In this document: positions 22,490 through 33,348 of the stretch, in pieces | Position numbering within the stretch: the stretch's first letter is position 1 | Layout: the number at the start of each line of letters is the position of its first letter | Assembly (NCBI GenBank): GCA_003141835.1 | Contig: PLNR01000005.1 | Span: forward strand, 126,289 to 190,288 | Reading direction: 5' to 3' | Origin: Candidatus Omnitrophota bacterium | Lineage (GTDB): Bacteria; Omnitrophota; Gorgyraeia; Pluralincolimonadales; Pluralincolimonadaceae | Length of the DNA: 64,000 nucleotides | Position numbers and translations under genes: made by a program | The notes under the pieces: model-generated | The model's database searches: none | What the model saw: only the letters and a program-made list of their open reading frames with translations | What the model was told of the DNA's origin: nothing

Positions 22490-24277
22490 TTGAGACACAG
22501 ACCGAGGCCGGCGCTGGTCATCCTTGGGTTGACGGCGCTGGTCGTGCTCATATTCATAGACCTGCAAGGCAATTATTTTTTAAAGGAATTCAAGACGAAG
22601 TCCCTCGCCGTAATGAGGGAGAAGATAGGCGTCGACGGCGAGATAGGCAGCGTCGAGGGCGGGGTGTTCAGGGGCATCATCCTCAAGGACGTCAAGCTTT
22701 ACGGCGCGCTTCCCTCGCAGGCCAAAAAGGTCTTCTTCTCTTCGGCGGCCATCGACCTTAATTACCGGTTGTGGGACCTGGCCTTCGGAAAGTACGGCAA
22801 GCTCGACAAGATAACTTTTGTATCGCCCAAGGTATACTTTTTCGAGGCGGGTCACAACCCGCCGAAAATCCCGAAGGTCTTCGAGCCGGCGTGGAAAGAG
22901 ATAACCGTATCGATAAGGGACGGTTCTTTTTATAACTCCCAGGGCGCGCCGGTCATCACGGAAGTGAACGGTAATTTCAAGGTGGGCGAACACGGCATAG
23001 AATCGCAGAACGTGAACGCCTATATCCTGGGGCAGAGGTTTGCGGGAAGGGGCAGCGTCGGTTTCCCGGTAGACCGGTCGGCGGTAAAGATGGAAGGCTC
23101 GATAAAGGGCCAGGGCTATACGCTGAGGGTACAGCTTGAAGGCGTTCTCGACAAAATATCCGTGCGCGGCTCTTTTGACATATTCGATAAGCTGAACCTG
23201 AATTTTGCGGGCAATATCGCCAAGTCCGAAGGGACGCTTTCTTTCAATGATTTTAAGTTCGGCCCGAAAGCGATAGTGAACGCGGTCCTCCAGACGGCTG
23301 ACAAGGGTTTCTGCATAAACCTGTATCCGGAAGACGTGAGCGGGAACGCTACCGCGCTGGGAGAGGTGAGCAGGTTCTGCATCACAGGGGATTTCGCGAA
23401 GCTCCCATATTTCACCCTGACGATAAACGCCAACCACCTCAAGGCGATGGGATTCGACCTGCTCTCGAATTATTACATGAGCGGAAAGCTTAATTATGAC
23501 GCGAATAACAGGCTTGAGTCGGTGACCGGCGACTTCAGCACTTCGGGCTCGGTGATAAATTACGACCCGGTGAGGGAGATAAAGGGCGCGTACGAGTTCA
23601 AGGACGGCGTGATAAAGCTGACCGGCGTCAATTATGGCGATGTCGTTTACGCAAACGGCACTATCGGCATCGCGGGCAAGAACGATCTCGACCTCCATTT
23701 TAAATTTAAAGGCGCCCAGCTCGGCGGCCTCACCGACCTCGCTATGGAGAAGGGGGCGGTGTCCGGGCTCGTCTTCGGAGACATGGACATCCACGGCGGA
23801 GTCGGCAAGGAAGCCAGCATAGCCGGCCAGCTCGAATTCCAGAACGGCAACATAAGCACGGTGCGCTACAATTCCGCGAAGATAACATTGAAGGGCAAGA
23901 GTTCTGCCCTTGAATTTATCGATTCAAAAGTCTATACTGGTGATCAGGTGCTTATGCTTGAGGGCAAGCTGGATCTGCGGGATATCGGCACTCCGCGGAT
24001 CTTCCGCAACCTCCTGATAAAGGCCGACCAGAACACGGTCGTGTGGGCGGGCGAGAGTACGATGAAGGCGCCGGCCGGAGGGGATTACGCGGCCGGGGCG
24101 GGCGCGAACGAACAATTCAAGGTCAACCTGAAGACTTACGAGTCCCAGCAGGGAAACCAGGTGCCGCGGCAGGATACGATGGATGCGGAATCCAAGCTTG
24201 CGAACCAGGCGGGCACGAAATTGAAGATGAAAGAGAACGAGGATTTCTTCGGGGTCGAGCACAAGGTGAGGTTCTAA
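22490..24277 (+). CDS. membrane-anchored beta-rich protein, possible AsmA/TamB-like lipid-transport family
   Basis: Single N-terminal TM (ALVILGLTALVVLIFI) then about 550 aa of repetitive beta-strand-like sequence. TTG start; located immediately upstream of mlaEFD. Confidence 0.45.
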   Translation: MRHRPRPALVILGLTALVVLIFIDLQGNYFLKEFKTKSLAVMREKIGVDGEIGSVEGGVFRGIILKDVKLYGALPSQAKKVFFSSAAIDLNYRLWDLAFGKYGKLDKITFVSPKVYFFEAGHNPPKIPKVFEPAWKEITVSIRDGSFYNSQGAPVITEVNGNFKVGEHGIESQNVNAYILGQRFAGRGSVGFPVDRSAVKMEGSIKGQGYTLRVQLEGVLDKISVRGSFDIFDKLNLNFAGNIAKSEGTLSFNDFKFGPKAIVNAVLQTADKGFCINLYPEDVSGNATALGEVSRFCITGDFAKLPYFTLTINANHLKAMGFDLLSNYYMSGKLNYDANNRLESVTGDFSTSGSVINYDPVREIKGAYEFKDGVIKLTGVNYGDVVYANGTIGIAGKNDLDLHFKFKGAQLGGLTDLAMEKGAVSGLVFGDMDIHGGVGKEASIAGQLEFQNGNISTVRYNSAKITLKGKSSALEFIDSKVYTGDQVLMLEGKLDLRDIGTPRIFRNLLIKADQNTVVWAGESTMKAPAGGDYAAGAGANEQFKVNLKTYESQQGNQVPRQDTMDAESKLANQAGTKLKMKENEDFFGVEHKVRF

Positions 24278-24281
24278 CGAT

Positions 24282-25067
24282 ATGAACGGTTGGATAACGA
24301 CGCTGGGCGAGAGGTTCCTTAATTTTATCCGTTACGCCGGAGGGGTATCCGTCCTCTTCGTGCGGACCATATTCTGGGTATTTGTTCCGCCGCTTAAACG
24401 CAGGCAGATCCTCGACCAGATGGTCAAGATCGGCGTCGACAGCCTGCCCATAGTTTTCCTTACCAGCCTCTTTACCGGCATGGTCCTCGCCCTGCAGAGC
24501 GCTTACCAGATGCAGAAGATGGAGGCGAAGCTCTATATCGCGAGCCTCGTCGCGCTCTCGATAACCAGGGAGCTCGGGCCTGTATTGACCGCGCTTGTGG
24601 TTGCGGGCCGGATCGGCGCCTCGATAGCCGCCGAACTCGGAACGATGAAGGTGACCGAGCAGATAGACGCGCTTGAAACCCTGGCGACGAACCCGATAAA
24701 ATATCTCGTAGTGCCCAGGTTTATCGCGCTCTTTTTCATGCTGCCGCTGCTGACTATATACGCCGACATCGTCGGCATATTCGGCGGGTACATGATCGGC
24801 GTCTGGAGGCTGAATATACTCAGTAACCTTTATTGGGACATGACTTGGAACCCGCTTCACATCAAAGATATCGTCACCGGCATCATCAAGGCCTTCGCTT
24901 TCGGCGTCATAATATGCATAGTGGCCTGTTACGAGGGGATGAGGGTCGAAGGGGGCGCCGAGGGAGTCGGAGCGGCGACGACTAAGGCGGTCGTCATCGC
25001 GTTCATACTCATAATCGCGGCTGACTGCCTCTTTACCGCGTTGTTCTATTTTGGGTTTGCATTCTAA
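24282..25067 (+). CDS. mlaE: phospholipid ABC transporter permease MlaE
   Basis: YrbE/MlaE-type permease topology and size; followed by mlaF and mlaD. Confidence 0.8.
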   Translation: MNGWITTLGERFLNFIRYAGGVSVLFVRTIFWVFVPPLKRRQILDQMVKIGVDSLPIVFLTSLFTGMVLALQSAYQMQKMEAKLYIASLVALSITRELGPVLTALVVAGRIGASIAAELGTMKVTEQIDALETLATNPIKYLVVPRFIALFFMLPLLTIYADIVGIFGGYMIGVWRLNILSNLYWDMTWNPLHIKDIVTGIIKAFAFGVIICIVACYEGMRVEGGAEGVGAATTKAVVIAFILIIAADCLFTALFYFGFAF

Positions 25068-25069
25068 AT

Positions 25070-25819
25070 ATGATAGAATTGATCAATGTAAGCAAATCGT
25101 TCGAGGACCACATGGTCCTCGACAACATGAACCTCACGATCCGCGATGGGGAAACTATCGTGATCATAGGCCGTTCCGGCATCGGTAAGAGCGTCACGCT
25201 CAAGCATATAATCGGCCTGATGAAACCCGATTCCGGACAGGTCATAGTCGACGGATTGGATATAACCAGGCTCGACGCGAAGGGCCTTAACGAACTCAGG
25301 CTGAAATTCGGCATGCTATTCCAGGGAGCGGCGCTATTCGATTCGCTCAACGTGCGCGATAACGTGGCGTTCAATCTTATTGAACATACCAAGATGGACG
25401 ATAAGGCGATAGACAAGAGGGTGGCCGAATGCCTGGAGCTCGTCGGCCTGCGGGGCATAGAATACCTGAGCCCGGCGGAGCTTTCCGGAGGCATGAGGAA
25501 ACGCGTCGGCCTGGCCAGGGCCATATGCATGAACCCGAAGATAATACTTTACGATGAGCCGACGACCGGCGTAGACCCGATAATGGCCGACGCGGTCAAC
25601 GACCTCATCAAGGATTTGCAGTCGAAGCTTAAGACCACCGCAGTGGCGGTCACACATGACATGACCTCGGCCTATAAGATAGCGGACAGGATCGCGATGC
25701 TCTATAAGGGAAAGATCGTCGAGATCGGGACCCCTGACGAGATAAAGAACACCAAGAACCCTGTCGTAAAACAGTTCATAACCGGCGCGGCCACAGGGCC
25801 GATAACGGAGGACTCATGA
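25070..25819 (+). CDS. mlaF: phospholipid ABC transporter ATP-binding protein MlaF
   Basis: Walker A GRSGIGKS, signature LSGGMRKRVGLARA, Walker B ILYDEPTTG. Confidence 0.8.
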   Translation: MIELINVSKSFEDHMVLDNMNLTIRDGETIVIIGRSGIGKSVTLKHIIGLMKPDSGQVIVDGLDITRLDAKGLNELRLKFGMLFQGAALFDSLNVRDNVAFNLIEHTKMDDKAIDKRVAECLELVGLRGIEYLSPAELSGGMRKRVGLARAICMNPKIILYDEPTTGVDPIMADAVNDLIKDLQSKLKTTAVAVTHDMTSAYKIADRIAMLYKGKIVEIGTPDEIKNTKNPVVKQFITGAATGPITEDS

Positions 25820-25844
25820 TGATACTTTTTCCGAGGAGGCTCAA

Positions 25845-26555
25845 ATGAGAAGGATGGATCTGGAGTTCAAGGTCGGGATTTTCGTGGCGATAGGCATTGC
25901 TATCCTGATGTCCATGGTCTTTTCGCTGAAGGAGCTTAAGCACGCCCAGCAGAACTATTCGATAAGGGTGCGCTTTAATTTCGCCAACGGCATCGAGGTC
26001 GCCGCGCCGGTAAGGGTGGCCGGCGTCCAGGTCGGAGAGGTGAAGAATATCGCGATCGTGGAGAACAAGGAAGCCAACAAGATGGCCGTCGACCTGTTTG
26101 TCGGGCTCGACAAGAAGGTAAAGGTCGAGAAAGACGCCGAAGCGTTCATAAATACGCTTGGGCTTATCGGGGAAAAATACGTGGAGATCCTCCCCGGCAC
26201 CCCGGGAGGCGAGGTATTGAAACCCGGCGAAACGCTGGTCGGCAGGGAGTCGGTGCCGATAGAGAAACTGACCGAGAAGGGCTACGAGATAGCGAGCGGG
26301 CTCGGCGACACTATAAAACATTTTAATAAACTGGTAGGGGACCCGGAGACGCAGGCCGCGTTCAAGGCGACGATGCTCGACATCAGGAAATTCATGGCGT
26401 CGGCGAACACGGTCATGGACAATGTCAAATCCGGACAAGGGACGATCGGCAAACTTTTTATGGACGAGGGCCTGTATAACGAGCTGGACGCCTTCGTAAA
26501 GGACCTTAAGGCTCACCCGTGGAAACTGCTTTCGAAGCCCAGGGGAGAAAAGTAA
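25845..26555 (+). CDS. mlaD: MCE-domain protein MlaD
   Basis: N-terminal TM anchor followed by an MCE domain. Confidence 0.75.
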   Translation: MRRMDLEFKVGIFVAIGIAILMSMVFSLKELKHAQQNYSIRVRFNFANGIEVAAPVRVAGVQVGEVKNIAIVENKEANKMAVDLFVGLDKKVKVEKDAEAFINTLGLIGEKYVEILPGTPGGEVLKPGETLVGRESVPIEKLTEKGYEIASGLGDTIKHFNKLVGDPETQAAFKATMLDIRKFMASANTVMDNVKSGQGTIGKLFMDEGLYNELDAFVKDLKAHPWKLLSKPRGEK

Positions 26556-26587
26556 CAGAATGATAAAGGAAAGGAGGTGAGATAAAA

Positions 26588-27580
26588 ATGCCATTTACGA
26601 TCGTGCGCGCTTTTTTTGTGCTTCTTTGCGGCCTGATGGGTTTCGGGATGGGGGACCTCTTCAAGTCCCTGTTCGGGGATTTCGCCCCGGTAATCGGGAT
26701 AGGGCTGGGCGTATTGCTCGGCCTCCTTATAATAGTGCTGGAATTGACGTCGAAGAGAGTTTCGGTGAAAGGCCTTTCGGCCGCGGTATTCGGTATAGTA
26801 TTCGGTATATTGTTCGCACGGCTTATGATCGAAGTCTTCAAGCTGATGCATATGCCGGAGGAAGTGAACGGTGTCCTAATAGTCATTTTTGCATACCTGG
26901 GCATGGTCATGGCGTTAAGGGGCAAGGACGAGTTCAACATAATAATCCCTTACGTCAAGTTGAGGAGGGAAGACCAGCGCGAGGAGATAATCGTCCTCGA
27001 TACATCCGTAATCATAGACGGCAGGATCGCCGACATATGCCACACGAAGTTCATAGAAGGGAAATTGGTCATTCCGAGGTTCGTGCTTAAGGAACTACAG
27101 CAGATAGCCGATTCGGCGGACCCGATCAAGAGGAACCGCGGCAGGCGCGGCCTTGATATGCTCAACAAGATCCGCAAGTCCGGGCATATGGAAGTCAAGA
27201 TCCACGAGGAGGACCTTCCGGAGATCCACGATGTCGACGCGAAACTCATAAAACTCGCGAAGATGCTCAACGCCAAGGTATTCACCAACGACTATAACCT
27301 CAACAAGATAGCGGAGCTCCAGGGCGTGTCGGTGCTCAACATTAACGAGCTCGCCAACGCGCTCAAGCCCGTGGTCATACCGGGCGAGTTGATGGAGGCG
27401 AAGATAGTGAAGGAAGGCAAGGAGTATAACCAGGCGGTCGCGTATCTCGATGACGGGACGATGGTTGTCATCGACAACGCCAGGCAGCTGATAGGGCAGA
27501 CGGTGAAGGTCATAGTCACGTCGGTCCTCCAGACTGCGGCGGGAAGGATGATATTCGCGAAGTTGGAATCACAGCGATAG
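26588..27580 (+). CDS. membrane-anchored PIN/TRAM domain protein (YacL-like)
   Basis: N-terminal TM helices, a PIN domain ([13 protein letters not shown]) and a C-terminal TRAM-like region. Sits upstream of ispD-ispF as in the Bacillus yacL locus. Confidence 0.7.
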   Translation: MPFTIVRAFFVLLCGLMGFGMGDLFKSLFGDFAPVIGIGLGVLLGLLIIVLELTSKRVSVKGLSAAVFGIVFGILFARLMIEVFKLMHMPEEVNGVLIVIFAYLGMVMALRGKDEFNIIIPYVKLRREDQREEIIVLDTSVIIDGRIADICHTKFIEGKLVIPRFVLKELQQIADSADPIKRNRGRRGLDMLNKIRKSGHMEVKIHEEDLPEIHDVDAKLIKLAKMLNAKVFTNDYNLNKIAELQGVSVLNINELANALKPVVIPGELMEAKIVKEGKEYNQAVAYLDDGTMVVIDNARQLIGQTVKVIVTSVLQTAAGRMIFAKLESQR

Positions 27581-27590
27581 GAGGCCTGAT

Positions 27591-28283
27591 ATGAAAGTAG
27601 CTGCGATAGTCGCGGCGGCGGGAAAAGGCGAACGGCTCAAATCAAAGGTCCATAAGCCTTTTGTGGCGCTCGGGAAGGACCCGATATTGCTTCACGCTTT
27701 AAAGGTCCTCGATAATTCCAACCTGGTCGGCGAGATAATCGTTGTCGCGCACCAGGCCGACCTCCCGAAGGCGCGGCTGCTCCTCAAAAAGGCCAAGCTG
27801 AAGAAATTCAAGGAACTCGTCGCGGGCGGGAAGCGCCGTATGGATTCGGTCAAGAACGGGCTTTCCGCCGTCAGCGAGGACGCCGATTATGTCATCATAC
27901 ATGACGGCTGCAGGCCGTTCATAGACAACAAGATGATATCTTCGGTGCTCGGCGCGGCCGAGACGTTCGGCGCGGCGATCACCGGCGTCCCGGTGAAACC
28001 GACCATCAAGGAGATAGAGAAGGGAAATTTCGTCGCAGCGACCCTGAAGAGGGAAACGCTGGTCGACGTCCAGACGCCGCAAGCATTCAGGAAGGACGTC
28101 CTCTTGAGGGCTTACGATAAGGCCCTATCCGAAGGCGCCGAAGCCGCGGAAGCGACCGACGATTCGGCGCTGGTCGAGAGGACCGGCATAAAAGTGAAGG
28201 TCGTGGACGGCTCATACAGGAACATAAAGATAACCACGCAGGAAGACCTGAGGTACGCCAAGATGCTCATGGGTGAAAAATGA
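27591..28283 (+). CDS. ispD: 2-C-methyl-D-erythritol 4-phosphate cytidylyltransferase
   Basis: AIVAAAGKGERL N-terminal nucleotide-binding motif. Confidence 0.85.
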   Translation: MKVAAIVAAAGKGERLKSKVHKPFVALGKDPILLHALKVLDNSNLVGEIIVVAHQADLPKARLLLKKAKLKKFKELVAGGKRRMDSVKNGLSAVSEDADYVIIHDGCRPFIDNKMISSVLGAAETFGAAITGVPVKPTIKEIEKGNFVAATLKRETLVDVQTPQAFRKDVLLRAYDKALSEGAEAAEATDDSALVERTGIKVKVVDGSYRNIKITTQEDLRYAKMLMGEK

Positions 28284-28756
28284 GAGTAGGGCTCGGTTAC
28301 GATATACACAGGCTTATCGAAGGGCGCAAGCTCTTCCTCGGAGGCGTTGAGATCCCCTACATAAAGGGCCTCGAAGGCTACTCCGACGCAGACGTCCTTT
28401 TGCACGCGATATGCGACGCGATATTGGGCGCCATAGGCAAGGAAGATATCGGGATACATTTCCCGAATAACGACCCTAAGTTCAAGGGCATCAGCAGCCT
28501 CGAATTGCTGCATAAGGTCGCGGTGCTGGCCGAGGCGTCCGGTTACAAGATAATAAATATCGATTCGACGCTCATACTGGAAGAGCCGAAGATCCTGCCT
28601 TTCAAGGCGAAGATGAAGAAGACGCTCGCCTCGGTATTGGGGATAGACGAGGACCGGCTGAACATAAAGGCCACCACGCAGGAAGGCGTGGGCGCGATCG
28701 GGCGCGGAGAGGCGATAGCCGCTTACGCAGTAGCTTCTGTTGAGGAGATAAAATAG
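28280..28756 (+). CDS. ispF: 2-C-methyl-D-erythritol 2,4-cyclodiphosphate synthase
   Basis: MRVGLGYDIHRL start and 158 aa. Confidence 0.9.
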   Translation: MRVGLGYDIHRLIEGRKLFLGGVEIPYIKGLEGYSDADVLLHAICDAILGAIGKEDIGIHFPNNDPKFKGISSLELLHKVAVLAEASGYKIINIDSTLILEEPKILPFKAKMKKTLASVLGIDEDRLNIKATTQEGVGAIGRGEAIAAYAVASVEEIK

Positions 28757-29467
28757 ATGGAAGTCTTGTTGATAATAATACTGGCGATCATCGCGGTTGC
28801 GGTGATAAAGCTTTGGCTTATTTCGATGATATTCAGGCAGGAGATAAAGGCGGTCTTCGAGCGCGACCCGGCCGCGAAGAGCGCGTTCGAGGTCATACTG
28901 CTTTATTCCGGCCTGCACGCCATCATATATTACAGGATCTCTCGCGCGTTTTATACCGCAGGCGTGCCTTTGCTCCCAAGGATGATATCGCAATACGGGA
29001 GGTTCATGACCGGGATAGAGATACATCCGGGCGCGACTATCGGGAAAGGCCTTTTTATAGACCACGGCATGGGGGTCGTCATCGGCGAGACGTCGATAAT
29101 CGGCGATAACGTCACCCTTTACCAGGGCGTGACACTCGGCGGCACCGGCAAGGAGAAAGGCAAGCGCCATCCGACGCTTGGCAATAATGTCGTAGTCGGC
29201 ACAGGCGCGAAGGTGCTGGGCAATATAAAGATAGGCAACGACGTCCTGATAGGCGCCAATGCCGTCGTCGTCAAAGATGTGCCGGACGATTCGACCGTCG
29301 TCGGCGTCCCCGGAAGGATCGTGAAACAGGAAGGCAAGATAGTCCACGGCATAAGGCTTGACCATACGAACATGCCCGACCCGCTGGTGAAGGCCTTGCA
29401 AGACCTGTGGGACGAGATAGACCAGATAAAAGGCAACGCAAAGAAACATCACCCGGACCTTGAATAG
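28757..29467 (+). CDS. cysE: serine O-acetyltransferase
   Basis: Left-handed beta-helix hexapeptide repeats ([44 protein letters not shown]). Confidence 0.8.
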   Translation: MEVLLIIILAIIAVAVIKLWLISMIFRQEIKAVFERDPAAKSAFEVILLYSGLHAIIYYRISRAFYTAGVPLLPRMISQYGRFMTGIEIHPGATIGKGLFIDHGMGVVIGETSIIGDNVTLYQGVTLGGTGKEKGKRHPTLGNNVVVGTGAKVLGNIKIGNDVLIGANAVVVKDVPDDSTVVGVPGRIVKQEGKIVHGIRLDHTNMPDPLVKALQDLWDEIDQIKGNAKKHHPDLE

Positions 29468-29472
29468 ATTTC

Positions 29473-30906
29473 ATGCCCATCCTCATACATAACACCCTGA
29501 CGCGCAAGCTCGAAGAATTCAAGCCCATCAAAGCCAGCGAGGCCCGCATGTACGTCTGCGGCGTCACCGTCTATGACGAATGCCACCTCGGCCACGCCAG
29601 GAGCGGTTTTATATTTGATTTCATCAGGAATTACCTCGGGTACCGCGGATATAAAGTGACATTCGTAAAAAATATCACGGATGTCGACGATAAGATCATA
29701 AACAGGGCGCGCGCCGAGGTCGCCGACAAAAATTCGCGGCTTCACGGCATCGACTTGAATGAAGCCGTAAAAGAGATCGCCCGGCGCTATACGGAGAGTT
29801 TTTACGGGGATATGGCGTCCCTCGGCATCGCGAAGGCCGACAAGGAACCGAAGGCGACCGAGCACATAAAAGAGATAATTAAGATGATAGCCGCCCTTAT
29901 TGATAAAGGTTATGCTTATGCGGCCGGCGGGGATGTTTATTTCGACGTGAGGAAGTTCGGCGGTTACGGGAAACTCTCTAACCAGGACAAGGACCAGATG
30001 CTGGAAGGCACCAGGTCTGAGACATCTGAAAAGAAAAGAGACGCCCTCGATTTCGCTTTGTGGAAGTCGGCGAAGGAGAACGAGCCGGAATGGGATTCCC
30101 CGTGGGGCAAGGGCAGGCCGGGCTGGCACATCGAGTGCTCGGCGATGTCGACCAAATACCTCGGAGATAATTTCGATATACACGGCGGCGGGCGCGACCT
30201 CATATTCCCGCACCATGAGAACGAGATCGCGCAGTCCGAGTGCGCTACCGGCAAACCGTTCGCGAATTACTGGATACATAACGGGCTTTTGACGATAATC
30301 GGCGAGAAGATGTCGAAGTCGCTCGGCAACTACGTCTCTATAAAGGCCGTGCTTGCGCGTTACCCCTCCGACGTCCTTAAGATATTCTTCCTCGGCGCGC
30401 ATTATTCCCACCCGATAGATTTTACGTGGGAGAAGATGGAAGCGGCGAAGAGCGGCTACGAAAGGTTCCTCGTGTTGTTGGATAAGATAGACAGGCGCCT
30501 GGAGGGAAAGGGGCAGGTCAAGGCAAAGAATAACGCGGAGATAGGCGGTTTAAAGGCCGCGTTCGAGGCCGGCATGGACGATAATTTCAATACCCCGGCT
30601 GCGCTTGGGGCGCTATTCGACCTGGCCACCGCCGGCAACAAAATACTTGATAGAAATGAAGATGCTTCTGTGATAAAATACCTACAAAGCACCCTTTTGG
30701 AGCTGGCCGGGGTCCTCGGCCTTAGGTTTAAGAACGCGTCAAACGGCATGTCGGACAATGAGATACAAAAACTGGTCGACGCCCGCATCGACGCGAAAAA
30801 GAAGAGAGATTTCAAGGAGTCCGACAGGATAAGGGAAGAGCTGGGCAAGAACGGCATCATCCTGGAAGACGATAAAGGGAAGACTTACTGGAGGCGCAAG
30901 ATATAG
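29473..30906 (+). CDS. cysS: cysteinyl-tRNA synthetase
   Basis: Class I HLGH and KMSKSLGN motifs; Cys-binding C...C pattern. Confidence 0.9.
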   Translation: MPILIHNTLTRKLEEFKPIKASEARMYVCGVTVYDECHLGHARSGFIFDFIRNYLGYRGYKVTFVKNITDVDDKIINRARAEVADKNSRLHGIDLNEAVKEIARRYTESFYGDMASLGIAKADKEPKATEHIKEIIKMIAALIDKGYAYAAGGDVYFDVRKFGGYGKLSNQDKDQMLEGTRSETSEKKRDALDFALWKSAKENEPEWDSPWGKGRPGWHIECSAMSTKYLGDNFDIHGGGRDLIFPHHENEIAQSECATGKPFANYWIHNGLLTIIGEKMSKSLGNYVSIKAVLARYPSDVLKIFFLGAHYSHPIDFTWEKMEAAKSGYERFLVLLDKIDRRLEGKGQVKAKNNAEIGGLKAAFEAGMDDNFNTPAALGALFDLATAGNKILDRNEDASVIKYLQSTLLELAGVLGLRFKNASNGMSDNEIQKLVDARIDAKKKRDFKESDRIREELGKNGIILEDDKGKTYWRRKI

Positions 30907-31842
30907 ATGGCACTTAAGGCACGCGCAAAAGAGACGCTCGCGGCGTATTTATTCCTCTCGCCGAACCTAATCGGGTTCATGGTATTTACTTTCCTGCCTG
31001 TCTTCGCGTCACTGCTGTTGAGCTTTTACAAATGGGATATAATAACATGGCCGCCCAAGTTCGTCGGCATGCATAATTTCGTGGACCTTCTCGGTGTCCA
31101 TTCCGAGGCCGGCAAACTCGTCGTCAACGACCCCAAATTCTGGCAGTACCTCTGGAACACCGTATTCCTGATGTTCTCGATCCCGATATGCATGATGGCG
31201 TCCCTGTTCCTTGCGACCGCGCTCAACCGCAAGATAAAAGGCGAGTCGCTCTTCAGGACTCTCTTTTTCCTGCCTTCAATATGCCCGGGAGTCGCGGTAG
31301 CGATCCTCTGGCTGTGGATATTCAACCCCGATTTCGGGATGCTCAATAACATAATCTACTGGATCGGGAAGCTCCTCGGCTTCAACATACCCGGGCCGTT
31401 ATGGCTCAATTCCCCGGGATGGGCGAAGCCGTCGTTGATGCTCATGAACTTCTGGATCGCCATCGGCGGAATGAACATGATCCTTTACCTCGCCGCCCTG
31501 CAGGGGATACCGAGGGATTTCTACGAAGCGGCCGAGATAGACGGCGCGAACGGCTGGCAGAAATTCTGGGCGATAACCTGGCCCCAGATAAGCCCGACGA
31601 CATTCTTCATTTTTTTGATGAGCATAATCGGCGGGTTCCAGGGCGGTTTCATGCAGGCGTATATAATGACAGGCGGCGGGCCGGGCGGTGCGACGACCAC
31701 GATCGAATATTACATCTTCAATAACCTTTACACCTGGCAGAACGTCGGTTACGCCGCGGCTATCGCGTGGTTCCTCTTCATCGTGATATTCGCCGTCTCC
31801 CTCATCAATTGGAGATTCGGCGGAAAACTTGTCCATTACTAA
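30907..31842 (+). CDS. carbohydrate ABC transporter permease (MalF/UgpA family)
   Basis: 6-TM permease with an EAA-like loop (EAAEIDGANGWQKFWAITWPQISP). Confidence 0.7.
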   Translation: MALKARAKETLAAYLFLSPNLIGFMVFTFLPVFASLLLSFYKWDIITWPPKFVGMHNFVDLLGVHSEAGKLVVNDPKFWQYLWNTVFLMFSIPICMMASLFLATALNRKIKGESLFRTLFFLPSICPGVAVAILWLWIFNPDFGMLNNIIYWIGKLLGFNIPGPLWLNSPGWAKPSLMLMNFWIAIGGMNMILYLAALQGIPRDFYEAAEIDGANGWQKFWAITWPQISPTTFFIFLMSIIGGFQGGFMQAYIMTGGGPGGATTTIEYYIFNNLYTWQNVGYAAAIAWFLFIVIFAVSLINWRFGGKLVHY

Positions 31843-31854
31843 GGAACGGATAAT

Positions 31855-32727
31855 ATGGCAGAAAAGAATATAAGGCATAAGAGCGCGGCGGGTTCCAAGG
31901 AAAAGGGGCTGCAGTTTTTCGCTTATTCAGTCCTTATCATAGGCGCCGTCTCGATGATATTGCCTTTCCTGTGGATGACGACGACCTCGCTGAAGACGCT
32001 CGACGCGATATTTATCCAGCCAAAGAACTGGATACAGATGTTCGTTCCCACGATGTTCAAATGGGAGAACTACGCCGAAGCTTTCAAGGTAGTGCCGTTC
32101 GCGAAGTTCTACATGAACTCCATACTGGTAGGCCTCGCCGTCACGGTCGGGCAGGTCTTCACAAGCTCGATGGCGGCTTACGCCTTCTCGCGCTTGACTT
32201 TCCCGGGCAGGGACAAGCTATTCTTCGCGTACCTTGCGACGATGATGATCCCGGGGTCGGTCACGATGATACCCGTCTACGTCTTAATGAGGCTCTTCGG
32301 TTGGGTCGATACTTATAAAGCGCTTATAATCCCTATGATATTCTCCGCTTACGGGACGTTCATGCTCAGGCAGTTCTTCATGACATTGCCGAAGGACCTT
32401 GAGGACGCGGCGAAGATAGACGGCTGCGGATTCTTCCGCATATTCTGGACGATAATATTGCCACTCTCGAAACCGGCCCTGGCGACGCTGACGGTCTTTA
32501 CGTTCATGGGTAACTGGGGGAATTTCATGTGGCCCCTCCTGGTCACCAACAGCGACAGCATGAGGACTCTGCCGATAGGGCTGGAATCGTTCAAGACGCA
32601 ATACTCGACCGACTGGCATCTCCTGATGGCCGGCTCGGTCATGGCTATGCTGCCCATCGTCATAATCTTCATCTTCACCCAGCGTTACTTCGTCGAGTCG
32701 ATCAAGCTCAGCGGCGTAAAAGGATAG
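31855..32727 (+). CDS. carbohydrate ABC transporter permease (MalG/UgpE family)
   Basis: EAA motif EDAAKIDGCGFFRIFWTIILPLSKPAL. Confidence 0.75.
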   Translation: MAEKNIRHKSAAGSKEKGLQFFAYSVLIIGAVSMILPFLWMTTTSLKTLDAIFIQPKNWIQMFVPTMFKWENYAEAFKVVPFAKFYMNSILVGLAVTVGQVFTSSMAAYAFSRLTFPGRDKLFFAYLATMMIPGSVTMIPVYVLMRLFGWVDTYKALIIPMIFSAYGTFMLRQFFMTLPKDLEDAAKIDGCGFFRIFWTIILPLSKPALATLTVFTFMGNWGNFMWPLLVTNSDSMRTLPIGLESFKTQYSTDWHLLMAGSVMAMLPIVIIFIFTQRYFVESIKLSGVKG

Positions 32728-32730
32728 CAT

Positions 32731-33348
32731 ATGTCGCGCGGAAGGTTCATCACTATCGAGGGCCCGGAAGGGTCGGGAAAATCCACCCATTCACGCCTGC
32801 TTTGCGAATTCCTCAGGGGAAGCGGCCATAAGGTGCTCCATACGCGCGAGCCCGGAGGCACAAGATTAGGCGAGGCGATAAGACAGGTCCTGCTCGACAA
32901 GAAAAATAAGAATATGTCCGATGGATGCGAACTTTTCCTTTTCCTCGCGGCGCGCGCCCAAGTAGTCTCCGAAGTGATAATGCCGGCTTTGAAGAAGGGA
33001 TATATAGTTGTCTGCGACAGGTTCCATGACGCGACTGTCGCGTACCAGGGTTACGGCGCAGGCCTCGACCTGAAATTGATAGATTCGGCGGGTAAGCTCG
33101 CGACGGGCGGGCTTAAACCCGACCTGACTATATTGCTCGACGTTGAGACGTCGGCCGGGCTGAAACGCGGCGGCATAAAGGACAGGATGGAAGTCAAGCC
33201 TGTCCGTTTCCACAAGAAGGTCAGGGACGGTTATTTTAAGATAGCGAAGAAAGAACCGCGCCGGATAAAGGTCATCAATACCGGCGGCGTGCCTATCGCC
33301 GCGGTACAGGATAAAATAAGAAGAGCCGTATCGCATGTCGTTCAATAA
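32731..33348 (+). CDS. tmk: thymidylate kinase
   Basis: P-loop FITIEGPEGSGKST and a DRF motif. Confidence 0.85.
   Translation: MSRGRFITIEGPEGSGKSTHSRLLCEFLRGSGHKVLHTREPGGTRLGEAIRQVLLDKKNKNMSDGCELFLFLAARAQVVSEVIMPALKKGYIVVCDRFHDATVAYQGYGAGLDLKLIDSAGKLATGGLKPDLTILLDVETSAGLKRGGIKDRMEVKPVRFHKKVRDGYFKIAKKEPRRIKVINTGGVPIAAVQDKIRRAVSHVVQ

Noticed and set aside
28112-29452. Very long antisense ORFs (e.g. 28112..29452 -, 446 aa; 40219..41559 -, 446 aa; 22580..23794 -, 404 aa; 59957..61117 -, 386 aa; 9997..10839 -; 11698..12495 -; 12849..13643 -)
   Set aside because: They lie entirely opposite strongly supported genes (ispF/cysE, mtnA/thiL, the AsmA-like gene, leuA, secA, lnt). Their translations are Arg/Leu/Pro-rich with no motifs. 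Stop codons are rare in the antisense frames of GC-rich coding DNA.
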